Assembly: GCF_000019345.1 (NCBI RefSeq)
Contig: NC_010503.1
Span: 330,001-362,000 of the forward strand
Length of the DNA: 32,000 bases
Reading direction: 5' to 3'
DNA from: Ureaplasma parvum serovar 3 str. ATCC 27815
Lineage (GTDB): Bacteria; Bacillota_I; Bacilli_A; Mycoplasmatales; Mycoplasmoidaceae
Shown here: positions 11,633-24,503 of the stretch, piece by piece
How the letters are laid out: each line of letters starts with the position of its first letter
How positions within the stretch are numbered: position 1 is the stretch's first letter
Notes under the pieces: generated by a model
The model's input: the letters and a program-made list of their open reading frames with translations, nothing else
What the model was told of the DNA's origin: nothing
The model's database searches: none
Made by a program: the position numbers and the translations under genes

Positions 11633-12016
11633 ATGAAAACTCAATGAGCTAAACGTGTTAAATTATTTCAATTTATCTATCATTGATTAATTACAAAAAA
11701 AAATAAACCGATAGCATTAAAATGTGCTTTAGTTGACTTTGATTTAGATCTTAATTGAATAAATGTTGGTGAATATATTTTGGATAATTATGAACAATTA
11801 ACAAAAATGATTAAACCTCTTATTAGTAAAGATTGAACATTTGAACGTTTATCATATGTTGAGCAAGCTTTATTGCTAAGCGCATATGGTGAATATCTGG
11901 TTTTAAAAACTCCTAAGAAAATTATTATTGATCAAACTTTAATTACAACACATAATTATTCTAACAACGAATCATATAAGTTTATTAATGCAATTTTAGA
12001 TCAATTATTAAATTAA
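11633..12016 (+). CDS. nusB: Transcription antitermination factor NusB
   Basis: ATG at 11633. Five in-frame TGA codons explain why the track has no ORF here. The protein is MKTQWAKRVKLFQFIYHWLI...WTFERLSYVEQALLLSAYGEY...SYKFINAILDQLLN, with NusB-like helices, and it sits in the position conserved in Firmicutes. Confidence 0.75.
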
Positions 12017-12021
12017 AAATT

Positions 12022-12726
12022 ATGCAACGTTACTTTGTTTCTAAAATTAAAGACAAAAAAGTTTATTTTTATGATTCTGATGTTCATCATATCAAGAATG
12101 TTATGCGTATGAGATTACATGATAAAGTTATTGTTATTAATAAAACAAAAGCATTTGTTGCTGAGATTATTAATCTTGAACCATTACATGCAACAATTAT
12201 TAAACCATATACTCTTAATTGTGAATTAGCTACTAAAATTGATTTATTTCAAGCAAGCATTAAACCAAATAATTTTGAGTGAATTGTTCAAAAAGCATGT
12301 GAATTAGGTGTTAATAGTATTTATCAAACAATTTTTAAAAGAACTTATAATCATTCACTAATTAAAACGAATCGTATTTTAACAATTATTAAAGAAGCGT
12401 GCGAACAAGCACGACGTAATCATCTTGTTAATTATTACGCTCAATTTAGTTTTAATGAATTATTAAAATATTTAAGAGATTATGATCTAATTTTAATAGC
12501 ATATGAAAATGAAAAACAAAATCTTTTAAATAATGCTTTTAAAGAAGAATTGACCTATCAAAAAATTGCTTTAGTGATTGGACCAGAAGGTGGTTTTGAA
12601 CAAATGGAAATTAATTTATTAAAACAATTCGATAATGCTATTTGTATTAGTTTGACAAAAACTATTTTAAGATCAGAAACTGCAAGTCTTTATTTACTTG
12701 CAAATCTTGTTAATAAGCTTATTTAG
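12022..12726 (+). CDS. rsmE: 16S rRNA (uracil1498-N3)-methyltransferase RsmE
   Basis: The protein starts MQRYFV...HHIKNVMRMRLHDKV and has the C-terminal motif IALVIGPEGGF...E...L...ISL...ILR.ETA typical of RsmE. TGA at 12280 is read through, and the gene ends at TAG 12724-12726. Confidence 0.85.
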
Positions 12727-12752
12727 TTTTATTTAAGAAAGGAAAAAAAAGT

Positions 12753-13700
12753 ATGAAGCAACGATTAATAAATTATATTATTGTTTTAATTGGTATTTTA
12801 TGTATTGTTAGTCTTGTCGTTGGTTTTGCCGTTTGATTTAGCCCTAATAAAAATTTTGATACGTTAACTCAAAACAAAATTGATGGTAATGAAGTTAAAA
12901 GATTATATAACCCAAACAATGGCATTTTTTTAGAACAATTAGAAGGGTTTAGTAAATATAATATTGCTGGTTATGTGGTTCCAATTGTTTTTGTTATTTT
13001 ATCATTTATTTTATTATTTTTATATTATTTTTTAAATAAAAAATCACGATCTAAAGCTGATTTTCCTATTAGTGAAAAATTTTATTATCACACTTCAATT
13101 ACCACTCTTTATTTAGTAGGATCCTTAATTATTATTAGTTGAATTCTTAGTTACATTGCTATTGGTATCAACTTTCGTCCTAATAATTTTAATGTTACGT
13201 TGCAAGAAGGAGATTTTTATGCGACAGATAGAGACCCTTTTTTAACATATTGAAAAGAATTAAAACCAAGTTTTTATGCAAAAAAAAGTGTTTATATTGC
13301 ATTTTTAACTATTATAATTGCTTTTGCTGTTAGCATCATTGGTTTTGTAAATTATTTTTCATTAAAAATTGCCTTAGAACAAACACAAAAAGCCACTTTA
13401 GAAGTTCAAAAACAAAAAGAAGAACAAAAAAATCAATTATCAAATGGTGTATATTTTGATCAGGATTTAAATTTATTAAATGAGTATGATAAATTAGTTT
13501 TATATCAAAAAAATAATTTATCAAGTATAGTCTTTTTAGCGATTAATGACCAAGAACAAATTTTGATGCAAAAAGATCAGGTTGTAGTTAATTCTCTAAA
13601 TATTGAACAAAAAGTTAAATATCGTGAACAAGCAACACGAATTGTTTTTGAGAAACAAGCTGAACATAATGATCATCTAGTAACTTCTGGAAATTTCTAA
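12753..13700 (+). CDS. Hypothetical 4-TM membrane protein with a charged C-terminal tail (315 aa)
   Basis: I read frame 3 codon by codon from ATG 12753 to TAA 13698. It has three in-frame TGA codons and no TAA/TAG. There are four hydrophobic spans. The two halves share the pattern TM-W-x(4-10)-(F/INF)-(S/R)-P-N-(K/N)-N-F-(D/N). Confidence 0.7.
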
Positions 13701-13725
13701 ATTAATTTAATCTTAATAAAATCTC

Positions 13726-13760
13726 AAAAGTGGTCTAAACCACTTTTTTGTTTTATTTTT
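13726..13760 (+). terminator. Rho-independent terminator
   Basis: aaaagtgg (13726-13733), loop tctaaa, ccactttt (13740-13747), followed by a T-rich run. Confidence 0.7.
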
Positions 13761-13771
13761 AAACAAAAAAC

Positions 13772-13800
13772 TTGATATTTATTATTTTTTTGATTATAAT
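13772..13800 (+). promoter_or_regulatory. rRNA operon promoter P1 (TTGATA-17-TATAAT)
   Basis: -35 ttgata at 13772-13777, a 17-nt spacer, -10 tataat at 13795-13800. Confidence 0.55.
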
Positions 13801-13857
13801 CTTTTACGTACTTTTTAAGTATATAGTTAAACAATTTTAAAAAAAATAAAATATTTC

Positions 13858-13886
13858 TTGACATTTTAAAAAAAGTTGTTTATACT
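13858..13886 (+). promoter_or_regulatory. rRNA operon promoter P2 (TTGACA-17-TATACT)
   Basis: Consensus -35 ttgaca at 13858-13863, a 17-nt spacer, -10 tatact at 13881-13886. It lies about 80 nt upstream of the mature 16S 5' end. Confidence 0.7.
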
Positions 13887-13942
13887 TTAATGTATTGTGT
13901 TTAAAGCTTATTAATAATTAATCACAATAAGAATGTTCTTTG

Positions 13943-13960
13943 AAAACTAAATAGAATCCG
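13943..13960 (+). other. 5' arm of the 16S processing stem
   Basis: aaaactaaatagaatccg is the exact 18-nt reverse complement of 15585-15602 (cggattctatttagtttt) downstream of 16S. This is the expected RNase III-type stem bracketing 16S. Confidence 0.8.
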
Positions 13961-13963
13961 TCA

Positions 13964-15482
<1,519 letters not shown>

Positions 15483-15584
15483 TCGGAGTAAATTTTTAAT
15501 TTACGTACTAATAAGTGTACATTTTTATTAAAATCCATATGAATATAAGCCACTTTTTTAAAAATATTTAAAAATTCATATGGT

Positions 15585-15602
15585 CGGATTCTATTTAGTT
15601 TT
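15585..15602 (+). other. 3' arm of the 16S processing stem
   Basis: Exact complement of 13943-13960. Confidence 0.8.
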
Positions 15603-15643
15603 GAGAGTTTATTCTCTCCCATAATAATTAATTTATTATGGAT

Positions 15644-15675
15644 GATCGATCTTTGAAAACTGAATAATTATCAAC
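15644..15675 (+). other. 5' arm of the 23S processing stem
   Basis: gatcgatctttgaaaactgaataattatcaac is largely complementary to 18710-18740 (gttgataatatttagttttcagatgtcgatc). The shared blocks are gatcga, tgaaaact and attatcaac. Confidence 0.7.
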
Positions 15676-15772
15676 AAATCTTTCTAATCATTGACATTAA
15701 GTTGTCAGTGAACAGAAACTATATTAAATTAAATATAGTTAACAATCATAAATAAACAACTTTAAGGATTTA

Positions 15773-18682
<2,910 letters not shown>

Positions 18683-18709
18683 AGTTCTTAGTTAATTTTT
18701 AGAAGAATA

Positions 18710-18740
18710 GTTGATAATATTTAGTTTTCAGATGTCGATC
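18710..18740 (+). other. 3' arm of the 23S processing stem
   Basis: See 15644-15675. It lies between the 23S 3' end and the 5S 5' end. Confidence 0.7.
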
Positions 18741-18745
18741 ATAAT

Positions 18746-18852
18746 TGTGTAGTGATTATATCAGAGTGGAAATACCTGTTCCCATCCCGAACACAGAAGT
18801 CAAGCACTCTAGAGCCGAAAATAGCGCAAGTAAAATAGGTCATCGCTACGCT
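18746..18852 (+). rRNA. rrf: 5S ribosomal RNA
   Basis: Helix I forms between gtgtagtgat (18747-18756) and atcgctacgc (18842-18851). The conserved cccatcccgaacacagaagtcaagc block is present. Confidence 0.93.
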
Positions 18853-18854
18853 AG

Positions 18855-18889
18855 AACCAACCTTGAAATTTAAGAGGTTGGTTTTTTTA
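18855..18889 (+). terminator. rRNA operon terminator
   Basis: accaacct (18856-18863) pairs with aggttggt (18875-18882). A T-run follows. Confidence 0.75.
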
Positions 18890-18918
18890 TTTATTATTAA
18901 TTTTTATATATTATGTAA

Positions 18919-18927
18919 TGATATAAT
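18919..18927 (+). promoter_or_regulatory. Extended -10 promoter (TGaTATAAT) for greA
   Basis: tgatataat at 18919-18927, 36 nt upstream of the greA ATG. Confidence 0.45.
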
Positions 18928-18962
18928 TAAATAATATATTTTTATTTATATGGGGCAACACT

Positions 18963-19433
18963 ATGGCAAAGTATACGATATCAAAACACCGTCTTGAAGA
19001 ATTACAATTAGAATTAAGAGAAATTTTAGATGTTAAGTGACCAGCAATTACAAAGCAATTACAAGATGCACGCGAACAAGGTGATTTATCTGAAAATGCT
19101 GATTATGATGCTGCAAAAAATGAACAAGCAGCATTAAAAAAACGTAAAGATGAAATTGAAGAAATTTTAGAAAATTATGAATTAATTGAAGATGTTTTAC
19201 GTTCAACTGACGAAGTTTCCATTGGATCGACAATTGAAATTTATAATTATCAAAAAGATTGTGAAGAAGTAATTACACTAGTTGGTTCAATGGATTCAGA
19301 TCCTTTTGCAAACAAAATTTCAATAGACACACCACTTGGAAAAGCTCTTGTAAAACAAAAAAAAGGTACTGAAGTTACAGTTCATACTTTAGCATCACCT
19401 TATAAAGTAAAAATTATAAAAATTATTGATTAA
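18963..19433 (+). CDS. greA: Transcription elongation factor GreA
   Basis: The protein is [69 protein letters not shown]...[19 protein letters not shown]. The GDLSENA.Y..AK motif is diagnostic. TGA at 19038 is read as Trp, and the gene ends at TAA 19431-19433. Confidence 0.93.
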
Positions 19434-19449
19434 TTTAACTAAAAAAAGA

Positions 19450-19478
19450 TTGACATTATATAATAATTTTACTATAAT
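19450..19478 (+). promoter_or_regulatory. tRNA cluster promoter (TTGACA-17-TATAAT)
   Basis: ttgaca at 19450-19455, a 17-nt spacer, tataat at 19473-19478. Confidence 0.7.
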
Positions 19479-19512
19479 TTTATAGTGTTTTATTAAACAC
19501 ACTATATAAATT

Positions 19513-19596
19513 GGACAGATAGCGAAGTGGCCAAACGCATCCGGCTGTAACCCGGCTCCGAGAGGTTCGTAGGTTCGAATCCTACTCTGTCCACCA
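19513..19596 (+). tRNA. tRNA-Tyr (GTA), long variable arm, CCA encoded
   Basis: Acceptor ggacaga/tctgtcc, anticodon loop ctGTAac, variable arm tccgagaggttcg, T-arm taggttcgaatccta, 3' acca. Confidence 0.9.
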
Positions 19597-19601
19597 TTTA
19601 T

Positions 19602-19676
19602 TGGCCTGTAGCCAAGAGGTAAGGCAGAAGATTTTGATTCTTCCATGCGTAGGTTCGATCCCTACCAGGCCAGCCA
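19602..19676 (+). tRNA. tRNA-Gln (TTG), CCA encoded
   Basis: Acceptor tggcctg/caggcca, anticodon stem gaaga/tcttc, loop ttTTGat, T-arm gtaggttcgatccctac. Confidence 0.9.
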
Positions 19677-19743
19677 TTAAATTATTTATTTTTTAACCAC
19701 AATTATTTTCGTTATTATGTTATAATAATTATTGTGTGTTTAT

Positions 19744-19818
19744 GCCTCATTAGCTCAGTGGTAGAGCATTTCACTTTTAATGAAGGGGTCAAAGGTTCGA
19801 AACCTTTATGGGGCACCA
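19744..19818 (+). tRNA. tRNA-Lys (TTT), CCA encoded
   Basis: Acceptor gcctcat/atggggc, D-arm gctcagtggtagagc, anticodon loop ctTTTaa, T-arm aaggttcgaaacctt. Confidence 0.9.
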
Positions 19819-19878
19819 TTTATTATTTTAAAGTAATGCATGGTTAACAATTATACATTGTATTACTTTTTTATTTTT

Positions 19879-19964
19879 GCTGGAGTGGCGGAATGGTAGA
19901 CGCACTGGACTTAAAATCCAGTGACTTCACGGTCGTGAGGGTTCAAGTCCCTCTTCCAGCACCA
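19879..19964 (+). tRNA. tRNA-Leu (TAA), long variable arm, CCA encoded
   Basis: Acceptor gctggag/ttccagc, anticodon stem ctgga/tccag, loop ctTAAaa, variable arm tgacttcacggtcgt, T-arm gagggttcaagtccctc. Confidence 0.9.
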
Positions 19965-19967
19965 TTT

Positions 19968-20041
19968 GCGGGTGTAGTTCAATGGTAGAACTATAGCCTT
20001 CCAAGCTATTAGTGTGGGTTCGATTCCCATCACCCGCTCCA
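19968..20041 (+). tRNA. tRNA-Gly (TCC), CCA encoded
   Basis: Acceptor gcgggtg/cacccgc, anticodon stem atagc/gctat, loop ctTCCaa, T-arm tgggttcgattccca. Confidence 0.9.
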
Positions 20042-20057
20042 TTAATAATATTTAACT

Positions 20058-20088
20058 AAACTCCACCCTATTAGTGGAGTTTTTCTTT
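20058..20088 (+). terminator. tRNA cluster terminator
   Basis: aaactccac (20058-20066), loop cctatta, gtggagttt (20074-20082), followed by a T-rich run. Confidence 0.75.
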
Positions 20089-20103
20089 AATTAAGAACTA
20101 CTT

Positions 20104-20871
20104 ATGCAAAAAAAATACATTAAAAATACTTTAGGCTTTGATACAAATTTATTTATATATCAAGATAAAAAAATGTTCAATTATTCAATTGATACTATTC
20201 TGTTAGCAAATTTTATAAGCTTATCTTCTAAGACGAAAAAAATTTTAGAAATAGGAACAAATAATGCTGCATTGAGTATTTTTTTAGCTTTGCGCAAAGA
20301 GGATATAAAAATTGATGCGATTGAAATTCAAATAGAAGCAATTAACCTTGCATTATTAAATGTTAGTCAAAATCATTTTGAAAAACAAATTAATATTATA
20401 CATGCTGATTTTAATCAATATTGGAAAGATTTTGATAAAAGCGAAAATAATAAATATGATGCAATAATCTGTAACCCCCCTTTTTATAAACAAGATAAAA
20501 TTATTCCATCAACTAAAAATCCATTAAAAACTTTAGCTTTATATGAAATCACGCTTAATTTTGAACAAATTATGCAAGGGTGTGCTAAGATAATTAAACA
20601 AAAAGGAAATTTAGCAATGGTTATTCCTACAACGCGTTTAGTTGATCTTTTAGAAATTATGCGTAAATATCAATTTGAACCAAAACGAATTAAAATGATT
20701 TATCCACGAATCTATGAACAATCAAATTTAGTTTTAATAGAAGCGCGTTACAAAAGTGGTTGAGGTACACACTTTGAACCAAATCTTTATTTACATTATG
20801 AAGATAAACAAAATCATCAATATACTGAAGAAGTTTTAAATTGATATAAACCAATTAAGTTTAAAAAATAA
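20104..20871 (+). CDS. SAM-dependent N6-adenine-type methyltransferase, TrmN6/YfiC-like (COG4123-like)
   Basis: The SAM-binding motif is ILEIGTNNAALSIFLA and the catalytic motif is CNPPFY. The N-terminal F.Y.IDTILLANF resembles tRNA1(Val) m6A37 methyltransferases. TGA codons at 20761 and 20842 are read through to TAA 20869-20871. Confidence 0.65.
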
Positions 20872-20905
20872 TTGTAAGTAAATTAATTAAATTTCTATTT
20901 TAAGG

Positions 20906-21835
20906 ATGATGAAAATGAATAATATGGATAAATATAATTTAATTATAGGTAGTCATGTAAGTTTAAAAGCTAAAGATTTCTTTTATGGTAGTGTAAAAGA
21001 AGCATTATCTTATGGTTCTAACACGTTTATGGTTTATACTGGAGCTCCACAAAATACAAAACGTCAACCGATTAAATCATTTAAAATTGAAGAAGCACAT
21101 AATTTGTTAAAAAAACATAATATTAATTTGGATGATTTAATTGTTCACGCTCCATATATTATCAACCCTTGTTCTTCTAAAAAGAATGTTCGTGAACTTG
21201 CTAAAGAATTTTTAATTCAGGAAATCCAACGAACAGAATCTATGGGGATCACTAAACTTGTTTTACATCCAGGATCACGTTTAGAACAAAATGAAGATAT
21301 AGCTTTAGAACAAGTTTATACAATGTTAAATGATATTTTTTCAACTATTAATACTAATGTAATTGTTTGCTTAGAGACCATGGCTGGTAAAGGTTCTGAA
21401 ATTGGGGTAAATATAAAACAATTAAAAACCATTATAGACAATGTTCATTCTAAAAAAAATATTGGCGTTTGTTTAGATACTTGCCATATGAATGATAGCG
21501 GTTTGATTTTAGATTATTATAATTTTAATCAATATTTAAAAGAATTTGATGCACAAATTGGTATTAATTATATTAAAGTATTACATATTAACGATTCTAA
21601 AAACCCTTGTGGTGCAAACAAAGACCGCCACGAAAATTTAGGATATGGAACGATAGGTTTTGCAAATTTAATTAATATTATTTACCATCCCTTATTAAAT
21701 AACATCCCTAAAATTTTAGAAACGCCTTGGTTTAATGTTAATGATGAATTAATTCCTTTATATAAGCATGAAATAAAAATGATTCGCGACTGCAAGTGGT
21801 ATGACATTAAAAACAAATTATTATCGAAGAAATAA
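20906..21835 (+). CDS. nfo: Endonuclease IV (AP endonuclease Nfo)
   Basis: Nfo metal-ligand motifs are present: IGSHVS, VHAPYIINP, LHPG, CLDTCH, HINDSKN, DRHENLGYGTIG. The start could instead be ATG 20915 or 20924, because the AAGGA RBS at 20902-20906 overlaps the first ATG. Confidence 0.92.
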   Translation: MMKMNNMDKYNLIIGSHVSLKAKDFFYGSVKEALSYGSNTFMVYTGAPQNTKRQPIKSFKIEEAHNLLKKHNINLDDLIVHAPYIINPCSSKKNVRELAKEFLIQEIQRTESMGITKLVLHPGSRLEQNEDIALEQVYTMLNDIFSTINTNVIVCLETMAGKGSEIGVNIKQLKTIIDNVHSKKNIGVCLDTCHMNDSGLILDYYNFNQYLKEFDAQIGINYIKVLHINDSKNPCGANKDRHENLGYGTIGFANLINIIYHPLLNNIPKILETPWFNVNDELIPLYKHEIKMIRDCKWYDIKNKLLSKK

Positions 21836-21866
21836 AAACTATTTTTAAATACAAATAAGTATTTCT

Positions 21867-21903
21867 AAAAAAAAAAAAAAAAAGGAGAAGTTCTCCTTTT
21901 TTT
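21867..21903. terminator. Bidirectional terminator between nfo (+) and dnaI (-), containing an A17 run
   Basis: A17 (21867-21883), ggaga (21884-21888), loop agt, tctcc (21892-21896), T7. The A-run supplies the U-tract for minus-strand transcripts. Confidence 0.7.
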
Positions 21904-22068
21904 CGATCACAATTTTTTATGATCTTATTGGTTATTTAAATAGTTATAACATAACGACTTTTGCTACAACTAGATTGTTGAAGACTAATCTAACAACTAG
22001 AAGTGCTCGAATAACCATACAAGCCATTGATATAATAATACACTATTTTTAATAAAAAAGCAATATTT

Positions 22069-23019
22069 TTATGAATTATTTACAACTTTAAAAACACTTG
22101 GCCCTGTTATTTTAAAAATATTACCATATGTGAGATATTCGATACGATTAAATAAGCGTAATTTAGTTTTTTGTTCTTCAATATTTGTTGTATTTTTTGT
22201 TGAATTAATTAATTGTTCAATTGAAAAATTAGAAATAAAAATGGTTTGTCTTGTTGATTTTAATCTATTTTCAATAATAGGCATTAAAATTGTTGAAATC
22301 GATCAGTAATTTAAATTAACGCTAGAAAAATCATCAATTACTAAAACATCAACATTTGAAAGTAGATTAACTAATTCATTAATTACTAAATCTGATGTAT
22401 CTTTGTAGTTAAAAAATTGGATTACATTTTTAAATAGATCATTTAAAGTAATATAAGCTATCTTTAAGTTATATTTTAATGAAATAGTATTGGTATAAGC
22501 TTGAGTAATTATTGATTTGCCTACACTAAAATCACCATAAATAAAAGCAGATTTTGGTTGTTGATTATTATTTTTAATTAACGTATTTTTTTTATTTTTT
22601 CGTGCTTCTTCTAAAAAGAAATTAATTAATTTATTTCGTTCTGCTAATAAATTAGCATCTAATATTTCAGTTTTTTTAGAAAATATTTGACTATCATCTG
22701 CTAATGAGATATTATAATCCATATTTTTGATCGTATTTAAAATATAATTTCTTTTAATTTTATCTACTTTATTTTCTTTTTTAACTACTACTAAACATAA
22801 GTGATTATATTCATTACGATTTAATTGATAAATGTAATAACTATCATTTTGATTGTTTAAATTATTCAAATAAGAACGATAAACTTCAACTATATCTCAA
22901 AAGTATAAATTAAATTCTTCTTCTGTTAAATTAATTGCTTTAATATTCGGAATTTCTAATGCTTTTTGATAATTAAAATTCTCTAAATCTAATTCATCAT
23001 CAACTTGATTATTGTTCAT
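22069..23019 (-). CDS. dnaI: Primosomal helicase loader DnaI (AAA+ DnaC/DnaI family)
   Basis: Walker A is YGDFSVGKS and Walker B is VLVIDD. Track ORFs 22069-22284 and 22303-22869 are in the same frame, joined by TGA 22303-22305. The N-terminus extends through TGA to ATG 23019-23017 (MNNNQVDDELDLENF...). The gene ends at TAA 22069-22071. Confidence 0.8.
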
Positions 23020-23021
23020 TT

Positions 23022-24167
23022 TTATAAATCTCCAAATTTTACTTCAATAAAATTAGTATTTTTGAAAGTATTAGCATTATCACTATCTTCACAAATTAAT
23101 TCTTTATGATCATTCTTTTTATTTTGAAAAAATTTAATCATTTCATACTCATCTTTAATATTGATTCCCAGTACTGTTTCTTTAATACGTTTTAAATATT
23201 TTACATTTAAACGCCCTAAATTTTTAAATAAAACAAAATCTAAGATAACATTAACAATTGGATCACTTAATGATTTGTCATACGTTAATAAATTGATAGC
23301 CTCTTTATCTTTTAAACTTAATTTTTCTTTACGAATATGTTTTAAAAAATCTGAAGGTTTAAAATTATTATAATCATTAATTACATTTTTGAATCGATCT
23401 AAATTACTGTTTTTATTAAAAATATTAAAATCACGTTCAATATTGTAATATTGAAATTTTGTTTTATTTTTTTCGAATTCCATATTTGAAAAAATTGTTA
23501 ATTCTAATTTATTTAAATCAATTGTTAAAAAATCAATATTATTAATTAAATTATTTTTGATTAAATTTAACATTTGATCAATACTAAATTTATATTTTTT
23601 GAAAAAATTTATTAAGCACAACTTTGTTGATTCATCAATTTGAAGTGATAATCCATATTCTTTTAAAATTATTTTTTTAATTTTATCTAATTTATTTTCG
23701 AGATTGTTAAAATGATTTGTCTTAAATTGAGCTGATAAATCAATTAAACGATTAGTATCAATATTATTCTCTTTATTTAATAAATTTAAAACATTATAAT
23801 GATTTAATGAAACATTATTTTTTAATTCTTCATTAAATTTTTCAATATTTATAAATTCGCTAAATTTTAATGGTCGAAAAACTTCAATTACTTGTTGGGA
23901 ATTATTTTCAAAAGAATAAATTTTAATTAAATCAACATTAATTAATTTAGTAATTAATTCGTTGTATGTATTAATTGAAATATTAAGTTCATCTAATAAA
24001 TATTCATGAGTTAAATTAATTGTACCCTTTTTATTAAAAATATTTTCTCTATTAACGAATCAAGAATATAAAGCTACTGCTTGCATACCAATTAGTGGTG
24101 TATAAAAAGAATATAAATGGTCATCATTTTTAACAAAATTACAATTTTTCTTAATTACTATATCCAT
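23022..24167 (-). CDS. Bacillus-type DnaB/DnaD-domain replication initiation and helicase-loading protein (not the replicative helicase)
   Basis: Track ORF 23022-23621 extends upstream in frame to ATG 24167-24165, with one TGA at 24060-24062 and an in-frame TAA at 24213-24215 upstream. The N-terminus MDIVIKKNCNFVKNDDHLYSFYTPLIGMQAVALYSWF matches the Y.P(L/I)IG..A..LY signature of DnaB_2 domains. It sits immediately upstream of dnaI, as in Firmicutes. Confidence 0.65.
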
Positions 24168-24503
24168 AAACCTTACATATTCCCTTTGAATTTTAATCAA
24201 ATCTATTTTTCATTAATCAATATTTTAGATGCTTTTATTTAATTTAATTGTCAATTTATTTATTTGATGCTATTAAATATAAACATAATAAGAGTTATGC
24301 ACACTATTAAAATACTTCTTTTTTATTAAAAATCAATGTTTTATATGTTTAAAAAAAATATACACAATGATGTTTATAAATTATAAACATTAATAAAAAA
24401 TTCTAAAAAAAATCTAAAAAATTGTGAACATTTTATAAATAAAAAAGATTAAATTATATATTTATAAAACCGTTATTATTTATATAAAAAAAGAGGTTAT
24501 AAA

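Noticed and set aside
13336-13524. Minus-strand ORF 13336-13524
   Set aside because: It is antisense to the continuous table-4 ORF 12753-13700, and nothing else supports it.
15691-15696. TTGACA within the 16S-23S spacer as an internal promoter for 23S
   Set aside because: No -10 element lies at suitable spacing. The hexamer is part of a short tgaca/tgtca inverted repeat, so it is more likely structural.
19048-19646. Minus-strand ORFs 19048-19233 and 19395-19646
   Set aside because: The first is antisense to greA. The second runs across tRNA-Tyr and tRNA-Gln and the tRNA promoter.
23161-23373. Plus-strand ORF 23161-23373
   Set aside because: It is antisense to the DnaB/DnaD-domain gene, with no RBS.
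24249-24254. TTGACA on the minus strand (complement of tgtcaa) as the -35 of a dnaB/dnaI promoter
   Set aside because: No acceptable -10 hexamer lies at 16-19 nt. The nearest is TAAAAT at 21 nt. The same bases read on the + strand give the TTGTCA motif discussed under the sigma factor finding.
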